Shown here: positions 42,791-56,310 of the stretch, in pieces | How positions within the stretch are numbered: position 1 is the stretch's first letter | Layout of the letters: every line of letters begins with the position of its first letter | Assembly: GCF_009914755.1 (NCBI RefSeq) | Contig: NC_060927.1 | Direction: 5' to 3' (one strand) | Source: the human T2T-CHM13v2.0 reference genome, Homo sapiens | Length of the DNA stretch: 64,000 nucleotides | The notes under the pieces: model-generated | Told to the model about the DNA's origin: nothing | What the model saw: the letters and a program-made list of their open reading frames with translations, nothing else | Database searches by the model: none | Position numbers and translations under genes: made by a program

Positions 42791-43539
42791 TCCTGAATGC
42801 CCTTGCATGTTCTCATGGGGTGGGTTCTAAAAAGAGTTGAGGTGGGCTGAACATGAGAGGCCATATGGTCCAAGTCTTTTATGGTTTCAGATAGAGAACA
42901 TGAGGCCCAGTGAAGGGAATGAAATTTCCTAACAATAATTAGCCAATGAGTGCCAGGATTGGGTCTAAACTCTAGGTTTCTTGATTTGCCAGCTAGCTAA
43001 AAAAATTCAAAACTGCTGTGTCATTCAAGGTCTAAAGTGCTCTGAAGCCAAAATGGTTTCCTAGTTTGGGGCTTACTTATGTGTGTAGCCAGGGTCCCAG
43101 GTTGAGCCTGAGTGGGGCTTCAGATCAGAATCCTGGCTCACTATAGCACTAGTACCTAACTGGGCAAGAAGTCATCTTGAGGAAAGGTGGCACCTAGCAT
43201 AGCCAGCTTGACTCAGTCATAAATTCTGGTCCTCAATGGGGGCAGTGTGTGCAGTGTGGAGGTTCTTGCTTGACTCTGGGCTCAGCCCCTGACACTGGTG
43301 TCCTACCAAAGAAGAGAGCTGTGAAGTGAACTGTTTTACCAAAACAATCTTTAATGTTTTGGGCACAAGTGGCACTACTATGTGACAATTCTAACAGAGG
43401 GTAGCGTGAAAGGAGACAAGAAGCATTTGTTCAATTTGGCAGCTACATCGCAGGGCAGATTGACCACCTGGAGGCTCCTCCAAATGTAGCAGAAAGTGGT
43501 TTTGTTCAGGGGGGGCAGGGTACCCAGTGGATGCAAGAG

Positions 43540-43945
43540 AGAGCAGGCAGAAGCCTGTTGTGTTGTCGTAGGCCCTGCTAGCTGCCTACCCAGTACCACT
43601 CTCCCTTCTTTGCTAACTGAACTGCCATTTTGTGCAAAGAAGCACTGTGTCTGGCCCAAATTATGGATCTCTGAGTCAATTGGGATAATTCCATATCCCA
43701 CTTTTCCGGGATCCCTTGAAATTAGCAGAGACCACATGACAAGAACTAGGGTTCTTGCCCGCTTTCTTCTCCTCTGTGCCTTGAATATAGATGTGATGTC
43801 TGGAACTGCAGCAGCCATTTATGTAGACTCTCCTGTAGGTAACTCCCTAAGCAAACAACAACAAACAAATGGAAATTTTCTATTTGTTTATGCCACTATA
43901 GTCAGGTTTTCTGTCCTTTGGGCGAGAAAGCCTTTGATAATGAAC
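43540..43945 (+). mobile_element. MaLR MLT1-type LTR
   Basis: ctgccttgaatatagatgtgatgtctggaactgcagcagccattt..tgtttatgccactatagtcaggttttctg. Confidence 0.55.
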
Positions 43946-44119
43946 ACGTGTAAAGAATACCTGCTGTAGGATCCTAAGAACTGTCGGATTTGGGAGGGAA
44001 GAGGGCTCTACAGAGAACTCTGGTGTTCTGCATAGCAATTTTGATGGCAGCATAGTAGTTAAGAAATGAGCTCCAAAGCAAGAAATATTAATAAGAGGCC
44101 TCATCATCAGAAAGGAAGC

Positions 44120-46330
44120 AACAAATATGTCATCAATTGTTGATATTGTATAATGATTGTGTACGTAAACCATCCAAAAGAATATATACAAAAACTATTA
44201 AATTAGTAAGTGAATTTAGCAAGGTCACTGGATACAAGGTCAGTATACAGAAATTTTTTGATTTCTCAATACTGGCAACAAACCAAAAAATAAAAAATAA
44301 AAAAATCTATTTATAATGGTATAAAAGACATCAAATTTCTAGGACTAAATCAAATGAAACATGTATAAGACCTAAAAAAAAATAAAAAAGAAAAAACCTA
44401 CAAAAATTATTTAGAGGAATTAAAGAATATCTAAAAAACAAGAAAGATATTTCATTTGGAAGACCATCTATCATAAAGATGACTATTCTCACCAAATTTA
44501 TTCATAATCTTAATGCAATCTCAATTTAAAAAAAATCCCAACAGATATTTTGGTGGAGATTGGTAGGCCTGGAAAAGAGCTAAGAATAGCCAAAGCAAGC
44601 CTGAAGAAGAACAAAGCTGGTGGAATTCCACTGTCAGACGAAGATGTAAATAAAGATGTAACATAAAGCTATAGTAGCTAAGAGAGTGTGGTATTTGTCT
44701 AAGGATAGGCAGACCAACAGAGTAGCATAGCGAGGCCAGCAACACACCTTTGTATATATAGTCACCTGATTTACTTTCAGTACATGATGATGAGTCAACT
44801 TGATATTCACAAAGGCAATTCCAAGTGGATTGTAGATCTCAATGTGAGAGGTAAAACAATAATAGTTTTATAAGAAAACTGAGGGGAATATCTTCATGAC
44901 CTTGGAGTGTGCAAATATTTCTTAAATAGCTCACACAATGTACAAACTATAAGGGAAAAATGGATAAATCAGACTACATTAAAATTTAAAAACTGCTACA
45001 GTGAGCAGATTAGTGATTGCATAGGGTGGGAGGGATGGGTTGGAGGGAAAATGGAAAGTGACTGCTAGTGGGAATGGAGGTTCTTTTTTGGAGTGATGAA
45101 AATATTCTAAAATTGATTGTGGTGATGATTGTACAACTCCGTGAATACACTAAAGCCACTGAGTTGTACATTTTCCGTGGGTAAATTAGTACATAAATTA
45201 TATCTCAATACAGCTGTTAAAAAACACTTCTGTTCTATTAAAATCTATTAAGAGAGTGATGAGGAAATCCACAAAGTAGGATATAGTTGCAATACATATG
45301 TCTAATGAAGGACTTACATCCAGAATACTAAAAGAGTTTCTACAAATCAACAACAGAAAGCATGAAACTCAACAGGAAAATGAGCCAAAAGATAGAACAA
45401 GAACTTTACCAAAGAAGATATCAAAATGGGTAATAACCTCAAGAGAATGGGCTCAACTTCACTAGTCTTTGGGGGAATGAAGTTAAAACTACAATATGAT
45501 ATTATTATACACCCACCTGCATGGCTCAAATAAAAACAGCAGACACCTAAGAGTTGGCAAAGATGTGGAGCAACTGGAACCCTTAGATTCTTCTGGTGAA
45601 AAGTGTTTGGAACTATTTATGAAAGTTGAACATACCACATGAACCAGCAATTCTGCTCCCAGATAGATGCCCAATGGAAATGCGCACATATATGCATGAA
45701 AAGACAAATCACAGCACTATTTGAAATGGTGCCTAGCAGAAAATAACCCAAATGTCCACCAAAAGTAGAATGGAAAAATTGTGGGATAGTCATTCAATGA
45801 AATACTACGTAGCAATAAAAATGAGTGCATTATTGCCCCCTTGGAACTGCATGGGTGAATCGCATGAAGATTATGAGGAAAGAAGATAGACACAAAAGGG
45901 TTCATATTGTAGGATTAGATTTATATAAAGTTTAGAAATAGCCAAGTGAGCTGTGGTCAGTCAGGACTGGCAGCGCCAGGGCTCATGCCTGTAATCCCAG
46001 TGCTCTGGGAGGCCAAGGCAGGAAGATGACTTGAACCCAGTAGTTCAAGGCTGCAGTGAGCTGATTGCACCACTGCATTCCAGCCTGGGTGATACAGTGA
46101 GACCATGTCTCTAAAAAGTAATAAGTCAGGATGGTTCTCCAGGTGAGGAGCTAGGGAACTGAGCAGGAGGGACTTCTGGGGTCTGATACTGTTCTTTTTC
46201 TTGATCCTCATGAGCCTTTGTACTGGGTTATATTCACTTTGTGAAAATACTTTGAACTGTACACTTATGAGTTGTACATTTTTCTGTATGTTTGTTATTC
46301 TTCCATAAAATGTTCACAATTAAAATGTAA
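44120..46330 (+). mobile_element. Ancient L1M (MC/ME) ORF2 and 3'UTR fragments
   Basis: gtgaatttagcaaggtcactggatacaaggtc, aacaaagctggtggaat, ggcaaagatgtggagcaactggaac, attcactttgtgaaaat. Confidence 0.8.
45976..46118 (+). mobile_element. FLAM/Alu monomer
   Basis: ggctcatgcctgtaatcccag..ggctgcagtgagc..gagaccatgtctctaaaaa; duplicated gtcagga flanks. Confidence 0.85.
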
Positions 46331-46580
46331 AGAGAGTATGGACTCTGGAATCGGACTGCCTGGGTTCAAATCCTGAGTTGGCTTCTTCTTGTCTGTGTCC
46401 TTGGACAAGCTACCTACCATCTGTGTCTCAGTTTCTTAATATGCAAATTGGGGAGGTAAATAATACCTGCTTCATAGAACTGTAGCAAACAGTAAATGAG
46501 ATAATACATGTAAAACCCTTGAAACTGAGCCTGGCAAATGGTAAATACTCTGTCAAGGTTGGCTCTTATTATTTCTATTA
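46330..46580 (+). mobile_element. MIR
   Basis: ggactctggaatcggactgcctgggttcaaatcc..ctcagtttcttaatatgcaaattgggg..aaatgagataatacatgtaaa. Confidence 0.8.
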
Positions 46581-46738
46581 CGTGACCATTTTGCAACCCA
46601 ATCCTGGTGAGAAACAAAGGGAGGGAAAGAACTGAGAAGAGTTTTTTATTATTAATGTTTGGGTTTTGTAGCCAAAATGATTTTTTTTAAATCAAGATGA
46701 TCTCTCAAACAACTTATTTGTTTTTTTTGTTTGCTTTT

Positions 46739-47036
46739 AGAGACAGGGTCTCGCTATGTTGCCCAGGCTGGAGTGGACTGGCTATTCACAAGGCGATGCC
46801 ACTACAGATCAGCATGGAAGTTTTGGCCTGCTCTGTTTCCCACCTGGGCTGGTTCACCCCTCCTTAGGCAACCTGGTGGTCCCCTGCTCCTGAGAGGTCA
46901 CCATATCAATGTCAAACTTAGTGTGGACACCCAATTGCCATAGCGCCCTACAGCCTAGAACTCCTGGGCTCAAGTGATCCTCCCACCTCAGCCTCCTGAG
47001 TAGCTGGTACTACAGGCACAAGCCATTGCACCCAGC
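46739..47036 (-). pseudogene. Full-length 7SL (SRP RNA) processed pseudogene (RN7SL-P type)
   Basis: The reverse complement has Alu-domain ends plus the S domain (..ggaccaccaggttgcctaaggaggggtgaaccagcccaggt..), a poly(T) tract, and TSD caaacaa(c/t)tt at 46706-46715 and 47037-47046. Confidence 0.95.
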
Positions 47037-48139
47037 CAAACAATTTGTAAGCTTGCTAGCAAAATAGTTTCCAAATCAAAACGAATCCAAGCCAACCAAA
47101 GAGCTCGAAATGCACAATGGTGCCCAGTTAGTCCCTAGCTTGTGATTAGCTTTGAATTTGAGGGAAGAGATTTTCTCATTAGCTTGCAGGTTTAAAAAAA
47201 AAAGGAAAAATATTCCTGGCTCACCAATATGTTAGCAAGCTAAAAGCCTGAAACTGAAGACTTCTCCCAGCTTTTTGCTTACTGTTGCCCTTGCCACGAC
47301 CTTCCTAGTTGTGAGCTGCTAAAGGACCGACTCAGGATTCCTGATAATTCTAGCTCTTTGCTGTCTGATGGGCCGGAAAGACCTCACCTTGCCTTCGTGG
47401 TGGCTCTTGGCCTTGAAGCCTCATCTCTAATTATGGCATGAAACCTTTTGTCCTCCCTGAAAGGGTTTTCAGGCTTCAGAGATCAGATGGGGGATGTAGA
47501 TAATGTTGGATCCTGGGAGTCACCTTGGTAGAGGACACAGAACCATGCCATGCCCTGGGGTGGAGGGATGAAATAAGAGCTAATAACAGTCCTGCTCTTT
47601 AGAACAAAACCCTGCCGGCTGGTTCAAAATGTCACCTGGCCCTTTTTTTTTTTTTTAAAGCTAGGCAATTAAATGGCTACACCTGTAGTTGTTTCTGCAT
47701 GAATCCTTTGGAACAGAGGGATTGTTGTTCCAGATCCCCAGGGCAAATGAAAACTGCATAAAGCTCTGATGAAAAACCAAAGACACCAGACATCCAGAGA
47801 CAGACAAACACATTCCAGCCAGCTCAGAGCAACCTCACTCTGTGGTGCTGGCACCCTTCAAAGCCGAGCATATTCATTAGTTTCTCTCTTCGGGTCCCTC
47901 CAGCCATCTCAAAATCAGTCCCTTTCATGGCTGCAGAGCGCGAACTTGCAGAGATGGATGTAGGGACGGGGAAACAACTGGGCTCTGTTTCTCCTTGGCT
48001 CAGCAGGAACGATTATTACACTCCACAGTCAGTGGAAGAATATTTCTTCCTTTGTTTAAAGGCCAAGGCAGGCAGTGATATATGAGGCTCAGCCACACAG
48101 AGTGAGAAGCAAAATACAAAGTATTTTAAAAGGTGGGGT

Positions 48140-48335
48140 TGAGTTCAAACCCCAGCTCTGCCACTTCCTAGCTGTGTGATCTTTGTACTTGTGAACTTGA
48201 ACTTGAATCCCCTCCCCTATTCCAAGGGGCCAGGAGTACCTACTTCACGGGGTGCTGATGAGGATTAAATGAGATAGTGCATGGAGTCTGGCACAGGGCA
48301 GGCCGTTGATACATAATAGCTTTTATTTTTATTAT
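48140..48335 (+). mobile_element. MIR
   Basis: gagttcaaaccccagctctgccacttcctagctgtgtgatc..gaggattaaatgagata. Confidence 0.75.
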
Positions 48336-48841
48336 CTGTGTCAGGTGGTGCCTGTTATGGCTTCTGAAATTACAGCCAGTCTTCTTTGACATCCCTTCTC
48401 CACTTTGAGTCTTCCAACTGAATTTTGTGGTTGGAATGTGTTTGTCTGTCTCTGGAGGTCTGGTGTTCTACTGAATCAGGCCACAGACTTCATTCCTTGG
48501 AGACACAGCGCTAGGATAATTGCTAAGAAATTGAGTTAGGGGCTGCTGTAGCTTTCTCAAGGTTGTCCAATTGTGCCTCTCTCATTTTGGGGCTGGGACT
48601 GCCTGGCTTTTTTCTCTATCTTCAAAAAGCTATGAGCGTGGGTGTGAGGTGAGTGCAGGGCTCGGCAGCTGCTCATGCCATTTGGAGAGGAGCCAGCGAG
48701 TGACGGGAGTGGCGCACACCCACGTTTGCCTGCTTTTGTCTGCCTACAGCTGCGAGAAGGAGCAGGGATCTCTCTCCTCGACTGTACCCTATTTGTACTG
48801 GTGGCCCAGCCCAGCTTGTGATAGTGACTTCCAGATCCTGA

Positions 48842-49169
<328 letters not shown>

Positions 49170-49348
49170 TTCTTTTTGAGGTCTCCCTCTTTCCTCCAAT
49201 AATGAAAACACTAGTAATAATATCAGTTCCCATTTTGTTTACTCTCTCACAAGATACTCGGCTATGGGGTCGGATAGACATAGGTTCATATGGCAGTGTG
49301 GCCATTTATTGGCTCTATGAATTTGACCCACATGATTCTGGCCTAAAC

Positions 49349-49897
49349 CAGTGGTTTGCAAACTTTCCTATATAGTAGAATCACCTGGGGATGTTTTAAA
49401 AAGTCCTCCGCCCAGGCCATGCCCCTAATTACATCAGAATCTCTGGGATAGGACCTAGGCATTGGCATTTTTGCCTGCCACCAATGTGCAAGTGCCTGAG
49501 GATGGGTGAGCTGGCTCTCTAGGGTAGCCCCTGTGGCTCCGTGTGGGCCTCAGGCTAGCTGCATCAACACCACCTGGGAGCTTGTCAGAAATCCTTGACC
49601 TCAGGCCCCCCCACAGACCTACTGGATCCGAAGACCCAGGTGACTCCCCAGCATGTTAACATGTGTGCGAGAAGCGCTGGTCAGAGCGTCACTCTCCTTA
49701 TCAATAAAGTGGGGGTCATAATGGTGCCCAAACCTGCCTGCTCATAGCAGTCACCTGGAATGCCTGATACACTATAGATTTATGAGGCCTCACCCCAGTC
49801 TTGCTGAATCAGAATGCCAGGGTGAGGGGCTGGGGATGTGTATTTGTACCATGTTCCCTGAGGTGATTCTTATAATCAGGCAAGTTTGAGAAATGCT
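49349..49897. mobile_element. Cluster of three MER5A/B fragments
   Basis: cagtggtttgcaaact..gaatcacctgggga; tgcatcaacaccacctgggagcttgtcagaaat; caagtttgagaaatgctg. Confidence 0.65.
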
Positions 49898-50279
49898 GAG
49901 TTATAAGCCTCAAAGGATTACTGTCAGGATTAAATGATAAAATAGAGCTCTTGTTTTTGTTATTATTGTCACATCTGGAGGATTTACTATCGAATGACAC
50001 AATGCTAGCTGCTTTGTGCACGCTCTGAATGAGATAAATGTTATTGCCTCCATTTTGCGGAGAAAGAAACTGAATTTCAGAGGAGGAAAGTGACTTGCTG
50101 TAGGTCACACAGCTGAGGTATGACAGAACCAGCCCGACTCCGAAGTCTGTGCTCTTACCACTCCCTGCTACTGTGGAAATTTAGTTCACGCTTTTCTTTT
50201 CCTTGAGAAGAAAGTTCAGCTTTCAGCCAGGTATTAACATTGCAGATTCATCTTTCAGTTCACATACACACTCACTTGT

Positions 50280-50640
50280 TTTATTCATCAAATATTTACT
50301 GAGTAGCTATGATGGGTCAGATGCCACCTAAGCAGTGAGGGTACAGCAGTGAAAAAGACAAGTCCTGTTCATAGGAGCCTGCAGTCCAGTGAGGGAGACG
50401 GATGACACATGAGCTATCTCACTAGTGGTTGATTAGTTACAGTTGAGATGCAGGCTAGACAGACAGCACATTAGAAAAGCACAAGATGAGGGACCCTAAC
50501 TTGCCTGTGGAGCCAGGGCAGGCTTCTCTGAGGAAGTGACTTGGATGCTGAGATGCAAAGGATGAGAAGGGGTGACCAGGTCTGAGGTGAGGGAAGTGAG
50601 CACCAGGCAGAGGGACTCTCTGGCTGATAGGAGCTGGAGT
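50280..50640 (-). mobile_element. L2 fragment
   Basis: ttattcatcaaatatttactgagtagctatg..caggcttctctgaggaagtgac. Confidence 0.7.
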
Positions 50641-50829
50641 TTTCACGGACTGATAGGCTCAAGCTACCCACCTGACCCAGAGTTTTACTTACATGAATCT
50701 GGTCTTTATGCTGGTGCCAGAATGATCTAAAATACACATATTCCTGCTCCAGCTCTCTGACAACAATCCCTCAAAACTGCTTTCTCTGGCTGGATCAAGT
50801 CCCAGCACCTCGGCTGGGAATTCAAGGCC

Positions 50830-51229
50830 TGATATAGTTTGGATATGTTCCCCATCCATATCTCATGTTGAATTGTAATCTCCAGTGCTGGAGGTGGGGC
50901 CTGGTGGGAGGTGTTTGGATCGCGGGGGCAGCTCCTTCATGGCTTGGTGCTGTCTTCACGATAGTGAGTTCTCACAAGATCTGGTTACTTAAAAGCGTGT
51001 GGCACCTCCCCTCTCACTCTCTCTTTCTCTTGCTCCTGTTTTCACCATGTGAGACGCCTCGCTCCCCCTTTGCCTTTCACCATGATTGGAAGCTTCCTGA
51101 GGCCTCCCCAGCAGGAAGCTGCCATGTTTCCTGTACAGCCTGCAGAATTGTGAGCCAATAAAACCCCTTTTCTTATAAATTACCCAGTCTCAGGTATTTC
51201 TTCATAGAAATGGAAGAATATCCTAACAT
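50830..51229 (+). mobile_element. MaLR LTR, MSTA/MSTB-like
   Basis: tgatatagtttggatatg..tctcatgttgaattgtaatc..gaattgtgagccaataaaacc..ccagtctcaggtatttc. Confidence 0.9.
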
Positions 51230-51699
51230 AAAGCCCTTTCTTGCCTCACCACTTCTATCTTGGATGATATATATCTCATACTTTAGCCATGTCCAACTAG
51301 GTAGAGTTTCGGCTATATTCTTTCGATGAGTCCATGTCCTGTCATAAGCTATCCATACTGTCTGTCTGTCTGTCCACTTATCCGTCCATCTATCTATCCA
51401 TCCATGCATGCATCCATTTTTGAGGAGGAGAGAGCTATTCTGCTTATTATTCGATACAGAGCTCAGATGTTACTTCTTCCACCATTCACCGGGCAGAGTT
51501 AGTTGACCCCTGATCTCTACTCCCATAGTACTATATTTTTAGTATAGCCAAGGCTGACTACGGACATACAGGCACCTGGGGCAGTATTTATCTAAGATAG
51601 ACCAGATTATGCTGCAATGTTACCACATTAGCCCTAAAACCTCAAAGGTTGAACACAACAAAAACTTGTTTCTTTTTTTTAAAAAACTATACTAGATAA

Positions 51700-52150
51700 A
51701 CAACTACACTAGATAAAATTCATGTATAATAGTCACCCGTTTAAATTGTACTATCCAATGGCTTTTCGTATATTCACAGAGTTGTACCCCCATCACCACT
51801 ATCTAATTTTAGACCATTTTTATCACCCCAAAAAGACACCTCTGTACTGGTTAACAGTCACTCCCTATTACCTCTCCCAGCATGGCCCTAGGCAATCACT
51901 GATCTACGTTCTGTCTCTGTCCTTGCCTATTGCGGACATTTCATATAATTGAAATTATAGATTATGTGGCCTTTTGTGTCCGGCTTCTTTTGCTGAGTGT
52001 AATGTTCTCAAGGTTCATTTATGTTGTAGCATGTATCAGTAGTTCTTTCCTTTTTATTGCTGAATAATACTCATTGTATGGATATACCATATTTTATTTA
52101 TTTATCAATTGATGGATATTTGGGTTGTTTCACTTTGGGGCTATTATAAA
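51700..52150 (-). mobile_element. L1MB 3' end nested in an MLT1 relic (~51590-52450)
   Basis: gtatattcacagagttgtacccc..gcctattgcggacatttcatataa..gttctcaaggttcatttatgttgtagcatgtatcagta. Confidence 0.75.
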
Positions 52151-52750
52151 AAATTTTATTTCTTGAGTGGTTGAAGTACACTGAGACCCCATCCAACACC
52201 CCAGGGCAGCTGTCTCCACGTGCTGACACTCAGGGCTCCCAGGTGGCTTCAGTTTTGTGGCTGTACCATCTCGACCTCTGCCTTCACTACAGCAGGGGAA
52301 GAGAGAAGCAACAGGAACCCACATTGCTCTTGGATGCTTAGGCCTGGAAGTGAAATGTGTCACCTCTGCTTACCACTGGCTAGATGGTCACATAGCCTTA
52401 TATAAGCACCAGAGGGCTGGGCAGTGTACTCTTCCTATGTGCTGACAAAGAGGAAAAGGAGAAACGAACATGAGTGAGCACAAGTATTGATAATTATCCC
52501 AGGCAGGCTAATGATTTGGCATCCTTTCAAACCACTATTCTTCAAATGTTTGTTAATAGAGTATTTGGAGAAGGGGCTGAACATTGTGGGGTGTTAAGAA
52601 CAGAAACAAATAGGACTCTTGGGACTCTTTGCAGTATTTAGTCTTTCTGTTGTCCAAGCAAAACACCTCTATATTAAAACTTACATCTCCATTCAGCAAA
52701 CAAAAGGCCTACAGTTAATCTGAATGCTCCTTCCTAAAAGATGAGTTTTA

Positions 52751-53057
52751 GGGTCAGGAGCAGTGGCTCACACCTCTAGTCCCAGCAATTTGGGAGGCTG
52801 AGGCTGGTGTATCACTCGAGCCCAGGGGTTCAAAACCAACATGGGGCCAACATGGTGAAACCCCATCTCTACGAAAAATACAAAACTTAGCCAGGCGTGG
52901 TGGCACACACTTGTAGTCCCAGCTACTTGGGAGGCTGAGAAGGGAGGGTTAATTGAGCCCAGGAGATTGAGGCAGAGGTGAGCCTTGGTAGTGCCAATAT
53001 ACTCCAGGCTGGGTGAAGAGCAAGAACCTGTCTCAAAAAAAAAAAAAAAAAAAAAAG
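52751..53057 (+). mobile_element. AluJ
   Basis: Dimeric Alu with poly(A). Confidence 0.9.
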
Positions 53058-53279
53058 ATTAATTTTAGAGTTCCATAAATCTCGGACCATTCTTCTTGGA
53101 TGTTTTATCACCTACCTAAGTTCCTCAAAGAATTCTTCTCAACCACGTGCAGCATTCTCCTCAGAAGGAACTTCAGGAATGGTGTAGTACAGATAGCTAG
53201 CTGCCTACCCAACATTTATTCTCCTTTTCTATTTTACCCCTAATTTTAATTTAAAACTTTAAAGATAATTTAAAACTTT

Positions 53280-53396
53280 AGAGATGGGGTCTTGCTATAC
53301 TGTCCAGGCTGGACTCAAACTCCTGTGCTCAAGTGATTTTCCCACCTCAGCCTCCTAAGTAACTGGGACTATAGGCATGTACCACCACACCTGGCC
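53280..53396 (-). mobile_element. FLAM
   Basis: gagatggggtcttgctatactgtccaggctgg..accacacctggcc monomer. Confidence 0.85.
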
Positions 53397-53429
53397 TTTC
53401 CTTTTCTTCTTTCTGAAAGTAGTACAGTA

Positions 53430-53870
53430 CCAATAGCTAGCTGATTACTCAGTAACCATTCTCCTTCTTTTCCTTAATACCAGGACTCTGTTTTGGTTGA
53501 AAGTAATGATGTACCCATATGAAAAACTTTATTTCTTAGTCTTCCCTGAAGATAAGTGGCCAAATGACAGTACTTGATTGGGGCTTCCAGGAAAGATCTT
53601 TAAATGGCATTGACTATGCAGAGTCATCTCTTGTAATCTTGCTCATTCCTACTACTTGGAATATAGATGTGATGGCTAGCAGTACAGCATCAATCTTGTC
53701 ACCATGAGGTGATTTTGAGAATGGAAGCCATGAGTTCAGCAAGACCGCCTGATGATGGAGCTACCACATCTGCCCTGAACTACTCACCTCCAGACTTCTT
53801 TTATGTAAGAGAAAGAGAAGAAAAATAAAAATATGTTTAAGGCACTGCAGTTGGGTCTCTGATACAACCA
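53430..53870 (+). mobile_element. MaLR MLT1-type LTR
   Basis: ttggaatatagatgtgatggctagcag..catcaatcttgtcaccatgagg..cctccagacttcttttatgtaagag. Confidence 0.55.
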
Positions 53871-55370
53871 GTGTTATAGGCAGTCTTCAGCTCCAGGCTC
53901 ATGGCAGAGGGAACAAGATAGAGAAGGGAAAGTAAAGATAAAGGATGGCAAGAATGGACAGGGACAAGACAAAGACCTGCATGCCAGGAACATGAAGGAA
54001 GAGTTGGACTGTGAAGGAAAGAGGAAGGAGGTAGGTAAAGATGGTGAATGAAGGCAGGTTAGTGGTTGGGGTGCTGATTCAGAATCCGATAGTGGTGAGT
54101 TTAACTCCTGGCTTCACCCATAACTAGCTTCATGTCCTTGGGCACATAGCAGGTGTTCAGTATAATAATAACAACAACAGCAAAGAGGTATGTAACATGT
54201 TTGATGCATCAGGGATTGTTCGAAGTGTTTTTCATATATTAACTCATTGAATCTGCACAACCCTATAGTACTCTTATCCCCATTTTCTAAATATCAAACT
54301 GTGATACAGAGACTTTAAGTAACTTGACCAAGATCACAGCTAGTAAGTGTCAGAGCCATGATTCAACCATCTGTGCTTGAAGCGACACACTATTATAAAC
54401 TTTGCAAACTGATTGGAAACTCAAAGTTTGCTCATAAATCCACTTGGTTTAAGTCCACAGTGACACCATACAAGTGACTGCTTTGATTGACAGAGAACAG
54501 AGTTGTGACCTTGTGCACTGGCTTATTGCTGGCCTGAGTTCACAATAATGCAATAATAATAATGCATAATAATGGAGACTGACATTTCAAAAGTTGTTGA
54601 GCTTCTGTATCATGACAATTACTGTTACCGTGATTGAGCACATACTAAGCATTGAAAACCATGTGAGAAGCTTTGACATATGCTGCTGTGTAAATTATTA
54701 AATTAGTCCTATGACATAAGTAATAATGTTTTCATTGAACAGATGAAGGGTTTGAGGCCCAGAAAGTTGACACAACTTGCTGAAGGTATCATGGGTAGTA
54801 AGTGGTAGAATCAGAATCAGACTCTGGTGTAAATGAAGATAAAGCTGGAGCTCTTTCCACTGAGTGACACCTTGCCGTGGGTGGCAAGAAGGAAGGGCCG
54901 GGCAGAGAATGTGGGGGGAAGGACAGAGAACGGAGGAGGCAGGAGGGACATGGAGAGGGACGGGCAGTCAGTACCAGCTTAATGCACCTGACTCAATAGG
55001 GCTTGAAATGTGGGAAATGGGCCTTTTGTGCTTGTGCTTAATTAATTTTCCTAGCCTCTCTATCAACTTAACTGTGAAGTTTCATTTATAAGCTTCCTGA
55101 TAGTTAACAGCAAATTGGTATCCTCCATCAGGTGATGGAATCTGGATACCTGCATTCTTTGTTGAGCATTGCCAATAATTTGCAGGTGCCTTGGAAAAGT
55201 CATTTGACATATGAGCCTTACCTTCTCCTAATATGAGGGCAAGATTATACAGAGGGCAAGGAGTTGGGAGAATCAAATGAGGCCGTATATTTCATTTCTG
55301 AATATTATTTATTAGTATTTAATTACATATAGCACTTACAAACACAATACTTGTCAATGGTGGAAAAATT

Positions 55371-55860
55371 AGCCTTGGCACAGTGGCTTGCACCTCTAAT
55401 CCTAGCACTTTAGGAGGCCAAGACGTGAGGATCACTTGAGGACAGGAGTTCGAGGCTACAGTGAGCTATGATCTATGATTCTATGATCATGTTACTGCAC
55501 TCCAGTCTAGACAACAGATGAGACCCTGTCTCTAAAAAAATAAACGATTTTGTAAGTGGAAAAATTTGGGATGTAGTAGTTCACGCCTATAATCCTAGCA
55601 TTTTTGGGAGGTCAAGGCAGGAGGATCACCTGAGGCCAGGAGTTCCAGACCAGCCGGGGCAAGATAGTGAGACCCTATCTCTAAAAGAAAAAAAATTTAG
55701 CTGGGTTTGGTGGCTCATGTCTGTAGTCCTAGCTACTTGGGAGGCTGAGGTGAGAGGATCACTTGAGGCCAAGAGTTAGAGGCTGCAGAAAGCTACAATT
55801 GTGCCATTGCACTCCAGCCTGGGTGGCAGAACAAGACTCTGTCTCTAAAAACAAAAATAA
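55371..55860 (+). mobile_element. FLAM (55371-55541) followed by AluJ (55568-55860)
   Basis: Monomer and dimer, each with an A-tail. Confidence 0.88.
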
Positions 55861-55919
55861 AGTAGAAAATGAGAAGATACAGAGAAACAAGAAAAGCAAT
55901 GTAAATATCCTTTGCGCTA

Positions 55920-56310
55920 GGTGTGGTTGACCGGCTAACCCAATGCCAACCTGCCCCTGGTTTTCCCAGCCTACCTTGCAGCTGGGGTGACCATGTGACC
56001 TAGTGTTGGCCAATAAGATAAAAATGTAAGGCCTTTGCTTTTCTAGTTCAAAAGAACAGATGGGGTTGGTGCCATCCCTTCCGCCTTGAATGTGAGATTT
56101 AACATGTTGAGTGGCAACCATCTTGAGACCTCGGGGAAAGGCCAAGGGAACCGCAAAGATGCTGGCCCTGACAATGTTGCGTTGCTGAGCCAATGCCAGC
56201 AGCTGCCTACCTCCAGACTTACTGTGCCAGAAGAATAAACTCTTGTTATTTTAAGCCACTGCTAGTTGGGTTCTCTGTAATTTCCACCATAACTGTTACC
56301 TTAATATACT
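55920..56310 (+). mobile_element. MaLR MLT1-type LTR
   Basis: ccatgtgacctagtgttggccaataag..cctacctccagactt..aataaactcttgttattttaagccactg. Confidence 0.6.

Noticed and set aside
53172-53470. Imperfect direct repeat (atagctagctg..attctcctt) flanking a FLAM
   Set aside because: Best explained as two MLT1 LTR 5' ends; no further structure.
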